A DNA stretch of 64,000 bases from Takakia lepidozioides (taxonomy: Eukaryota > Plantae > Bryophyta). Below are positions 13,050-23,894 of this stretch, piece after piece. The notes beneath the pieces are model-generated. The model did no database searches. It saw only the letters and a list, made by a program, of their open reading frames with translations, and was not told the origin of the DNA. The translations under genes were made by a program, and so were the position numbers. Numbering within the stretch: the stretch's first letter is position 1; every line of letters starts with the position of its first letter. Where the stretch lies: NCBI GenBank assembly GCA_030704615.1, contig CM060734.1:15500001-15564000 (forward strand). The letters are read 5' to 3'.

Positions 13050-15131
13050 TGATGATTGCAGGAGCTTGTGGAGGATCCGGCACTGAGTAATGACGTGCTG
13101 ATAAAATCGCTACGTACCTGGCCTGCTAAGATAGTGTGCTCGACGGATGAGCTGCGACTGGTGACTATCTCCAAGGTTCTGAACAAGCCCAACAAGGAGA
13201 ATCTTTACGAACCGTCTTTCTATGAGAAGATCCGTCACTGCAGAAGATATTACCATTACAAGGAGCGGCCCCAGAAGTATGATGAGAATTGACGGGTTGA
13301 GACTCAGCAGTGGAAGGTGAGTGTGACCACGGGAGGTCTCCTGTCATTTCTTCCCATTCATCTATCACTGCAGCGATGCAATGGATGTCTACATTATAAT
13401 TGATCGCTATCCAGTTTCCTCGCCCCCACACCAGCCCCACATCTGCGGTCCCAGCACCTTCTCTTCCGTTGAGGTCTTTTGGAATGTGTTCTGCTTCGTA
13501 ATGTGGTGCTTCTCTAGCGCTTCATTCTCCAATCTGGTGACATTATCGATTTGGAAGAGATCCACACACGTGTACAGAAATCCTTAAAAAACCAAATGAC
13601 CATCAAAGTTTGAAATTTTGATGGTTAGTTGGGTTTTTAAGGGTCTCTTTACAAAGGTGTGACTCTCTTCTAGGTCGAGAATGTCACCAAATTGGTAGAC
13701 ATGGATGGAGAAGCACCGCATTACGAAGCAGGAGACACTCCAAAAGGAGCTTCAAAATGCAAGACACCCTTGAAAGGAGCTTGATCAATGGGTGATTTTT
13801 CGCTGCTTGTGATTTTCGCTGTTTGCTGGAAGTTAGCTGGAAGTGTTGGCTGAATGTGAAAGTTAACAAGGGAGACCTCCCGTGGTAGATAACTACACTT
13901 GCTGGAATGTGCAGGATTTCATTGTCAGAGCTCAAACCATTCTGGATGTGAAAAGTGACAAGGAGGCAATGCCACTTGTATTCACCTCCGATCGGACCTG
14001 GAATTACTGGACAAGAGTGTTCATAAAATGGGAGAAGGGCGAGCTCATTGACCCCAAAGGGAACATCCCCATGAAGGAGCAACCAACACTAAAAAAATCT
14101 AGCGTGGCTTGACTGCAGGGTTTGGACGACAGCCAGATTAGGAAGGTTGCCGCAATGTTACTCAAGAACAAAGTGTCGATGCGTCATCCATACACTGGGC
14201 CTGACCCTGATGTTCTGAGTCTTGAGGATTATTGCAAATACAAGAAGTTGAGGAGGCACATTATTGATGATATCATGGTCGGTTTTGGATTTAAGGAGCC
14301 GACGAAGGACAACCGACATCCATACACAAAGGCGGAGTGGACGGCCATCAAACATAAGTACGAGATCAACAAGGCCTAGTTTGTGCAGTTTAAGAATGCT
14401 CTCGGGAACACCTACCTTAACGCAAAAATGAAGGCAATGACGGGAAAGCATAAGCAACCACTTCAATTTCTGAATTTGATTCAAGCTGTGAAAATGCTTG
14501 CAGAGTCGCCCCGAGGTTCGCTGGATAGAGTTTACATGTGTGTGCGAGATTGGAAACAAGGCTCAGGAGATTGGGACGGTGGCAATGTTTGCCACAAAAA
14601 CATTTGAAGTTGTTTCGCTCATCATGATCAGCACATTGAATGCCCATCTAGAAAAACAGAGAATGAGTTCGCGGACCTCTTCAATGGCATAAGGTCAAGA
14701 AAAATCAGGACCAACATACTCTGTGTCATCACCGATACTGATAGCTCTCGTGAGCTGATAGCGTACATTCAATCCTCAAAGGGGAAATTCCTTATAGAGA
14801 CAAGCTTCTACATACCATCGAAGAGGGAGACATTTTTCAAGACAAGGAATTTTGAAAATCCGGTAGTTCATTTCCATTTCATTTTTCCGATGGCAGATGC
14901 GAAGTGGGATCACGTGGACGAGGTCGTGCGGAGGAGCATTACATCCGACGATCGATACATCCCAAGAGTGCTACATACAGAGGCGGACGAATCAAAAAAA
15001 TCCTCTGCAAGGTCGCTACTACAATAATGAGATCCAATCATCGGCCATCGACCAAGTCGTTGATATCTTCTGTCCAGAGGCTCTTCTATTGTTAATGTGT
15101 ATTGTGGCAGGATTGTCACATACTCGCTTCT
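13050..15131 (+). pseudogene. Degenerate multi-exon TE-associated gene of unknown family, possibly with an inactive MTase-like C-terminus
   Basis: Chain of protein-like ORF pieces broken by stops (13056, 13882, 14122, 14383, 14897). Acceptor GGCAG at 14896 and donor GTAAG at 15132. Confidence 0.4.
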
Positions 15132-15199
15132 GGTAAGAACATACAAACTCAACTCTTAATTTTACTTCTTGTAAACCCCATTATTATCGTGCTAGGGAC

Positions 15200-16850
15200 A
15201 GTAATAGATGATGTAGGGAGATCTCCCGTCCTCCATTGACGGGAGATCTCCCTTCCTAGCCATGACGGGAGACCTCCCGTCCTCCTGTTGACCACAATAC
15301 TGATACCCAAATGATTAGAATCATTTTATTAGAGGACTTTCCCGAGTGCGTCCAGATTCCTACAAAGTAATACACGAGATTTTAGGTAACACACTGGCGA
15401 TGTTACCTAAGATCTTGTAGATCACTCTGTAAGTTTGACAGTGCACAAATGGGGAGTATGTCTCTGCTTGTGAATGCTCTGTCATTGCTTCAAATGATGA
15501 TGGGTTGAAAGTGTGTGTGGACAGAAGTCCATTGACGGGAGATCTCCCGTCGTCCGTTTGACGGGAGACCTCCCGTTCTTCTTATATGCGTCTTAGTATG
15601 AACCTCCGGTGGTAATTAAGATAAATCGGGACAGAAGTGATACCCATGTGATTAACCACATTCATTACGGGGATTTCAAAAGTGCCCGAACATACTTACC
15701 TAGTAAACCACAAGTTTTGTGGTTAACTTGATAAGTATGGGCAGGCATAACTTTAAGTAATTCCCAGATTGTGAGAGCTCTGATATTGCTTCAGATGATG
15801 GGTTGAAATGTCCTTAGGAAGTTCCCATATTTTCCACGCGAGTTTACGTCCTCCTTCGACGGGAGGCCTCCCGTCCTCCTTTGACCAAGTTCATCAGATG
15901 TGTCTTTTAGTGTGTCCAGTTTGTAGAATTTGGATCATTCTCTAGTTTGAACCTTCTCCCTTCCGGTCTATTGGCCATTCAAGTATTTCAAGATGAACCT
16001 CGCGTAGGACTTGGCTGGCACGACACGCTACAGATACATAAGTGATTAGTAACATTCATTACGGGACATTTCGGAGCGGAGCCAAATACTTACAGAAGGT
16101 AACGCAAGTCTTTATATTACACATTGGCGATGTAATCTAAAATCTTGTGTGGCCTTCATGTAAGTCTGGCCATGCACAAGCCTGAATTATCACTGCTTAA
16201 AATGATGATGGGTTGAAAGTGTTAGTTGGCAGAAGTCCATTGAACATCCTTTTGACCATTCATTTGACCGATCATTTTGAGATGAACCTCGCGCAAGACT
16301 ACTGTGGCACAAACACTACTGATACCCACGTGATTAGCTACATTCATTATAGGACTTTTCTGAATGCGTCCGTATTCTTACAAAGTGAACACAAGACTTT
16401 AGTAAACACACTGGCAATGTTATCTAAGATCTTGGGTGTCACTTTGTAACAATGGCCATGCACATGCATGAAGTATGTCTCTGCTTTGAATGCTCTGTCA
16501 TGGCTTCAAATGATGATGGATTGAAAGTGTGTGTTGGCAGAAGTCGAATGACGGGAGATCTCCCAGGGTTACTTTGCTAGGAGACCTCCCGTTGTTGCTT
16601 TTCCGGAAGATATCCCGAGGTCTCTCGTCCTCGTAATGACCATTCTTTTCTGCCTCATTAAGATGACCAGTCTGGCACAACACACTATTAATAACCCAGG
16701 TGATTAACCACAATGATTAAGGGGATTTCAAGAGTGCATGATCAAACTTACCATGTAAACCACAAGACTTTATGTAACATTGACAATGTTATATAAGATC
16801 TTGTGGTTTACTTGATAAGTATGGCAAGCCAGAATCTTGAAGTAATTCCC
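15200..16850. repeat. Degenerate ~300-bp tandem units carrying the palindrome GACGGGAGA(T/C)CTCCCGTC
   Basis: Palindrome copies at ~15217, 15238, 15263, 15534, 15560, 15858, 16550, 16579. Recurring GATGATGGGTTGAAA and GATACCCA..TGATTA blocks. Confidence 0.8.
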
Positions 16851-16851
16851 A

Positions 16852-17477
16852 TGTCGTACACCTAAGCATCGTGCCACAACATACATCGTTGTCCACACAC
16901 AATATAAGCACACAATCCTAGAAAGCTATGCCACAATGATAATGGAAGTGAACGCAATGGAAACACTCCACTCATGAATCCACTCAATCACATAGAGAGA
17001 GAGAGAGAGAAAAGACTCCGGCCGAAGCTGGCGTAACTAAGAGCCACTTCGCCTTGCGGTTACTGCCCTCTTTCGGGGGTGGGCTCAATCACATAAACTA
17101 AGTTAAGCCAAGGGCACCTTTGCTAAAGGAATCCACCCTACAAAGCCCTCACCACACTCTCTCTCAATACCTAGAGCTATGGAGGTGGGAGAGGCTCATG
17201 GAGGCTCAACTACAAGAAGTTGAGCCTCCTCAACCCTCATAAGGGGAAAACCCATTCCCATGTGCTTGACACCTCACTTGGCATATGAGACCAAATGAAG
17301 TCCCAACACACAAAATGCACATATAAATATCCAAATGTCCTAGCTAACTAGAAGTAGGTAATTCTAGTTAACCATGACTAAAACCATGACAGCTGTCGTG
17401 TACCTAAGCATCGTGCCACAACATACATCGCTATCCATACACAATCTAAGCACACAATCCTAGAAAGCTATGCCACA
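16852..17477 (-). repeat. 3' LTR of the PHD-bearing gypsy element
   Basis: On the minus strand a PPT (CTAGGGGGGCGAT, 17490-17478) directly precedes TGTGGCA; the segment ends ..TACGACA at 16852. Confidence 0.65.
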
Positions 17478-17733
17478 ATCGCCCCCCTAGTTGGTGATTA
17501 GGTCCCTCTAACACCGGATAGCTGACAAGTATCCACCCAATAAGATCATCGCTTGATCTTCAATTGTACAAGTCCCAACATCTGAAGTCGATAGATCAAG
17601 AGGCCGGGTGCAAAAGTAGCCCCATCGTTAGTCGCCTGTCTGTAATCCATGATCTTCAATTGAGTATCCATGACGTTGAACTCCCACTAGCTAGACCTTG
17701 GATCACTTGTCAACTTCACCATTTTCATGCCCA

Positions 17734-19661
17734 CTACCTTTGTCCAAGGCAGTGTGGACACAACCATTCTCCACTAGGAACCTCCTCAAGTGGCGGTGTC
17801 AAGCCTCTCATGTGCCACCCCCTTGAGCATTTGTCACACACCAACATGGTTGCGGCACCACCAGCATGCCCACATAGCATGCAACGCAACCCTGCAGGTA
17901 CCACTGCAAGGTTGGGATTTATCCTCCCATCCACATGTGGAAGGTGACATGGCGCACAATTGCGCACATTATAAGTACACAGCAGGAGCAACCGCAAGGT
18001 GTGGCTTTCCTTAATGCACGATGTGAAGAAGTTTGTCCATCTCTTTCTGCCAGGTAGAGACAAAGCAATATTCCCCTATCTCCCGCTCACTCAAATGGGG
18101 GCTCTTAGTAGCATGATTTGTTATTCTTCCTGATGTTTACAAAGTTCATGGGAGATTCAGCTTGGTCTTAGCAGGCCGTGTTTCAATCTCTGCCTGCTCA
18201 GCTGCACCGTGGTGGTTCTCACATACCAATTCGACATGCTGTGACATCCAAGGTTGTAGGTGCTGTCTGCTGAAGATACACATAGTCCCCAGGGTTGAAT
18301 CTCCGAAAACCTGGTCGATATCCGCCTCCACGTATGATGGCATACCTCAATGTGTCTTGGTGTTGGGCAATAGCAAAGTTCTCAAAAGCCATAGGCATGA
18401 CTCTCTTGAACAACTCTGCCCGTTGGTCATACGCTTGTGTCCACGCGTCCGGATCATCAAGGTCAAGGACTACTACAGCCTCCCTGCGAATAAATACAGG
18501 CAAATCTGGCTCTCGGCTGAAGAGAAGAAAGTAAGGTGAGAAGGATGCAAGTGACGTTTGTTTGCTGAACTATAGCCCATAGCCAACCAAGGCAGCTGAT
18601 GGTCCCAATCTCCCAGGTGTCCCTTCTGCAAGCCGTACTTGTGCAAACCCCTCTTGACTATTTGAACAACTCTCTCCGCCAAGCCATCAGCCTCGAGATG
18701 ATCCCGAGAAGTAGTGCGGTGATCTATCAAGGCTTGCTCACACAAAGCCTGAAACTCCCCCAAGAACTCTCTCCCCTGGTCCGTGAGTACCTCGGCTGGA
18801 GCACCAAATTGGCTAAGCACTCAATCTAAGAATGCATACGCCGCCCCCTCACTTGCCTTGTTAGGCAATGGCACTAGCTCAATCCATTTGGAGAAGTGTT
18901 CCACCATCACCAACACATACTTGTTGTGGCGCATCGTCAGTGGCAATGGTCCCGCGAAGTCAAGACTCCACCGATATCCCAATCCCATAATGGGTAAATG
19001 ATGCAATTGTGGAGTAGGTGCATTAAAAGAAGCATGCACCCTATCACACACCATGCACCTTGCCACTAACAACATCTGTGTGCATGCCCCGCCACCAATA
19101 CTGCCCTTGCAGCAAACTATGAGTGTGCCGCATCCCAAAATGTCCCAACTCCTCATGGGCATGGCGTACCAATCGCGCTCGTTGTGTTGGATGAGGCACA
19201 ATCCTCACTCGTCCATCCTCCCATACTCGGAGCAGGTGAGTCCCCTTCCACTTGAACCTCTTGGCCCGTTGTAGGATCCGATCTCTCTCCTTAGCAGTAG
19301 TCACACTGGCTGTTGTCTCTCCGGTACAAAGGTAGGCCAACACCGCTGCATCTTCATGCATATCCTTAGCACCACCAAGCTCCTGATTGATCTCTGGATC
19401 CTCATGCACACTATCTCCATGACCAATCACATGGGATGGACCAGCTTGAGCTCCCATTGCTAGAATGCACAAAAAGGCAGATGCATGCCATCCTGGCACC
19501 ATCTCCTCATCTCTCTCACCATGCCACCGAGCTCCAGTGTCATCATGTTTGCTCGTGCATGGATTACGACTCAACCCCCCATCTGTATCCCGATTGACTA
19601 CACCGGCTCGATGCACCACCTGGAAGTTGTACTCTTGAAGCATAAGTGCCCACCGTGCAAG
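17734..19661 (-). mobile_element. Decayed Ty3/gypsy pol 3' half: end of RNase H, integrase, C-terminal PHD finger
   Basis: LARWALMLQEYNF; HEELGHFG..CMVC zinc motif; WSLDFAGP, LTDQGREF, DGLAER (DDE); CMLC..VCDKCSRGWH..WLCPHC (C4HC3 PHD, one Cys mutated). Confidence 0.88.
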
Positions 19662-19899
19662 CAGGGATGCCTCGGCGTGAGCCTGGTCACGTGAGCGCGT
19701 GAGCGCAATTGCGCTCACGCCACGTCACCTTGCGCCAATGCCACATCACGGGGCTCACTCCACGTCATCACACTTGAAGACCGCGTCACCACGCGCCCAA
19801 GAAGAAGTGGAGTGTATTCCCGCGGATTGGCACCCTTTACCGTGGAAACAAGCTGGACGACATAATAAAAGGCAGTGGTCATTCCCACCTGAAAGCAAC

Positions 19900-20270
19900 A
19901 GATGAATAAAGGATGGATGAATGTACAGTTGGATGATAAACAGATGGATGAGTGTGAAAAATGAATGTAGATGGATGAATGAGGGATGGATAAGAGTCAA
20001 ATGGATGAATGTATAATGGATGTTGAGTAATGAAAAACATTCATGACAGGAAGATGCATGACTAAAATTTTAGACGAATGCACAACGTATATGACATGAG
20101 TGTGGAAGGTTTGTGGGGTGGATTAAAGAGTACATAGGATGAATGTACAATGGATGTTGAACAAAGGAAAACATTCATGAATGGAGCACGCATGAATACA
20201 CTGTAGATGAAAGCACAATGGATATGACAAGAGTGAGGTAGGTTTGTGAGATGGATTCATACATATTGCA
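19900..20270. repeat. GGATGA(A)-rich repeat tract (TE subterminal-like)
   Basis: Many GGATGAA/TGGATG copies plus a ~120-bp duplication. A related TCATCCATCC tract lies at 59330-59460. Confidence 0.6.
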
Positions 20271-20697
20271 AATTAAATGGTAGTTGATGATAGTTTTTTC
20301 TTTCCAAAGGAACAACTACGGTGGAGGAAGGGGATTCAACGTTTTCTAAAGAGGATGAAACAGAATATTAAAAGAACATAGTTCAGTCTGACTCAGAGTC
20401 AGTACAATGTATCCCCACTTCCTCTACATCTAAGTCTAAGTATTTAAGAACTCCGGATCTACGCTGGCTACACCTACGGTCGGGCAGTAAAAATTCAGGG
20501 GATAGGGACTCGGCCGCGTGAAGTGCCATTGCTTCGGCATAATCAGGAAGCAGAAAATTGCAGACTCGCCACAAATGACTGTATCTCTTGAAGATCCACC
20601 GCTGCCTTTCCTGAAAGACAGCCTGAAAAAGTTATTACTGTAACTTTGATGTTATTGAGAAATTGAGTATGACTTCCAAAGTGGGTTTAGCACTTAC

Positions 20698-22554
20698 TCA
20701 CATGAAAAGTCGTTGTCGACCTGCTTATCTTTGGGATCGTCATCATTTCGAATTTGAATCCGATCAGTCTGTGTGCCTGAAGTGGAGCTAGACAAAAGGG
20801 GGAGGAGCACTGTGTTGTAGAGGTCAGAATCACCCTCCATGCCAAAAAGGCTTCTTTCGTCTGCCTTGCATGCATGGTAAGTTGCAACTGCACCAGACAG
20901 GAGGACATGAACAGTTTGGTGGGGGGGATTTAAGCAGATGGAACTGGTGAAATAAAATCAATTCGGAAGGGAGAGAACGAACCTGTGGACACAGAAAGAT
21001 CGACCACCCGTGCAGAGTGGTGGCTGCATGATTCCAGCAGTATTTGCATGAACGCTGGGGATTTTTCCTTTGCACCTCCCCAGGGAGTGACATCTGGTCT
21101 CTTGAGAGTCTGACTGGACTGCATAAAGTTGTATAAAATGTCATCGACATGCGGCTCATAGGGGGGGTTGACTAAACAACCCTGGTCAGAAATCTCAAAG
21201 CTGCGGATGGAAGATGGTGTCTTTGAGGTGCGAATCCTCCACAGGCAGATCGCCTCGAACATCCTCGTCTGCCAAAGATAACAGGTTAGTGTGGTAAACA
21301 CAATCTATAGTAAATCGGCTATTCAGAACTCAGGCACAAAACAATCATTTTTATCACGAATCAGTGATGATCGGTGTCGATCATGACAGATTCTTCTAAA
21401 GTGGAGTTGCAGAGAACATTGAAACTCATCATGAAAGCACAAGCAGAAGGGAGACGGCATACCAGCTGACCAGGGAAACCCCATTTCACAAGGTAGAGGC
21501 TGTTCACACAATTTCATGTGCGCAAAACTTCAAACCCTGAAGACTTCAGGTATGATGCCAATGCCCGACGACTATCTTTGTCACATGACTGAAAAAGCAG
21601 AAGTGTCCCTGCATCAGAGAGGAAATTATTACAGAACCCGAACACCCAACTCCAGTAGTTGTCCTCGAATTTGTTCCAGCCTGGCGTCTTGCCCTTTGGA
21701 AGAACTTCTGGCACAGTCTGGTCATCCTGGATGTCGAGAATGACAATGTCAGCCGCATATGTTTTCTGCACACCGCACACGAAGGTGGGACCTGTGCTCA
21801 CCTGCAACAGACATGTTTTTTTTCAGAACGATGGCAAGAATGTTTTCAAAGAACCAGACTGAAATACTGCCAATGAAACTTTCAGAGAAAAAGGAAAGAA
21901 ACTGGAATTCTCACCAGATTGAGGAATGAGATTATGTTGTCCCAGGTAGGCGAAGGCACCCCAGTGTATCCTCTCTTTCGACTCTGCATCATTGACAGCC
22001 AACCCTCATTGACAATTTTAGTCTCTCCTGCCGAATCAGAACGGGAAGGGTGTGGCTTGGCATCGAACACGCACTGAACTGTGCGGGTATATCTTCCAGC
22101 AGTGAAGTCCTGCCCACTCTCCATCTCCTTTTCTTTCTCCTTCCCCTTGTCCTTTTCCTTCTCTTTGGACTTGGCTTTGCTGGTGAGATGGCTATGACAT
22201 CAAGAGCCTTGTCTTTTGGTTTGCGGCCCGTCTTCTTTCCCTTCTGCGGCGTTCCCTGAGCATTAGGCTCCTTGGCAGCCAATGTTGCTATGTTTCTTTG
22301 GTACTCTTCGTCAGTCAGAGGCGCCAGCATCTCAGCATTATTGTTCAAATATTTCATATGCTGTTCTTGAAAGGTCGTGTGCTCCGGTGGGCAGTCAAGG
22401 TACCAGCCACAGTCTCTGAAGTGAGAAGGACTCCAGTCCTTCAATATCCCTGCAGTATACATGGTTGGATCGTTTGCAGGGTTCGACCACATGTCAAGAT
22501 AGTCTGGAATACCGCTCAGGTGATTTCCTTCTATAAGCACATATTTTGTGTACC
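20698..22554 (-). pseudogene. Intron-containing gene resembling beta-class N6-adenine/N4-cytosine DNA methyltransferases (N6_N4_Mtase-like), disabled
   Basis: Exons ~22554-21915, 21801-21463, 21268-20983, 20887-20698 with GT-AG borders in compatible phases. Motif order: ADIVILDIQD (IV-like), YWSWVFGFCNNFLSDAGTLLLF, EKSPAFMQILLESCS (X-like), RVVDLSVST (I-like), ATYHACKADERSLFGMEGDSDLY (II-like). In-frame TGA at 21514-21516 and a frameshift near 22120. Confidence 0.65.
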
Positions 22555-22659
22555 TGTTAAACAGGAGATAAATCCCAACCTACCAAAGCGCGAAGTGAGT
22601 AAGATGCAAGTAGCACAGAATGAAAAAAATATGGAATGAAATGGCTCTGAGAACTGCTC

Positions 22660-23130
22660 CAAGGACCTCTCAGGACCACACGACAGCTCCGGATGTGAAT
22701 GTCGTCAACGCCATTCAAAACATTCCATTCAATGATACTGTAAATACACCCTAATCCACGTGAATGCAAACTCTCGCTTTGGAATGACACAGACATAGAA
22801 GTGAATGTCGTCAACGACATTCACTTTGGATTTGTGAATACACTGCTAATCAAGCCTAATGATTTCTCAAAAGAGGCAAAATCATTGGATGGAAATCAGA
22901 AACTCGAGTAAGGAACCCTCCCCAAAAACTCAATGGACATTCATAACGAACATAACACTGAGGACCTCATAATAACACTGGATGTGAATGGCGTCAACGC
23001 CATTCACAAAATTACGAACAAGGAACCAATTAATACACCCTTAGCCCCCAATCCATGTAAATTCAAATTGTCGCTGGTGAATGACACAAACATAGAAGTG
23101 AATGTCGTCAACGACATTCACTTTGGATCT
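22660..23130. repeat. Degenerate duplication (~298-bp period) with four GTGAATG(T/G)CGTCAACG copies
   Basis: Motif at ~22695, 22801, 22984 and 23099. Confidence 0.7.
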
Positions 23131-23131
23131 C

Positions 23132-23890
23132 TAAAAACTTGTACTTTCCAGGGTGCAGTTTCAATCCGTGTGCTTGCAAGTGCTCAAACACCACCTGAAG
23201 GTGTCTCTTATGCTCCTCAACTGTGGCACTAAAGATGACGATATTATCAATGTAGCACCGGGCGAAGTCTAGCCCCGCAAGAATCCTATCCATGACCCTC
23301 TGAAACTCTGCAGGAGCATTCTTCAACCCAAACGGCAGGAACCGCCATTGGTACAAGCAATCCTTCCCATGTTGGTCAATCCCCCAGAATGTCGTCTTTT
23401 GCTTGTCAGCCTCTTTGATTGGCAACTGGTGATAACCGGATCGCAAGTCCAATGTGCTAAACACCTTCGCATGCCCAATGGCATCAAAGATCTCCTCTGG
23501 AGTTGGCATGGCATATCTATTGGACTTAGTCTGACGGTTCACAGGACGATAGTCCCCACACATCCTTCTTTCTGTCCAATTGCCATAGATATTCTTCTTA
23601 ACTGGCATCACCGTTGCCGAGGCATACTCCCCGCCTGACAACTCCACCAATCCAGCTTCGAACAACTCCATAGTCCGTGACTGGATCAAAGACCTCTCCA
23701 TGTCACTATACATGTAGGGCCTTCAAAAAATTGGCGTGTCACTTGCCAAATCAATACGAATCTCCTGGCCCTTCAAACTCCCCAAATCCTTCAAACTGAA
23801 GGCAAAGCAATTTCTATAAGCCCTTAGAAATTGTTGGATCCTCCGTCTCTCTCCTCCGGTGACTGTAGGTCCAACATCTAGTCCCCAATT
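23132..23890 (-). mobile_element. Ty3/gypsy reverse transcriptase fragment (probably the same element as 17734-19661)
   Basis: [38 protein letters not shown] (mutated YIDD). Confidence 0.9.
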
Positions 23891-23894
23891 GTCC

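Noticed and set aside
19662-19720. hAT terminus (CAGGGATG..) as the carrier of the MTase-like gene
   Set aside because: It marks the junction with the gypsy sequence, but I found no matching opposite TIR or TSD.
20698-22554. Bacterial contamination explaining the MTase-like sequence
   Set aside because: The motifs are split by GT-AG introns and embedded in plant TE sequence.
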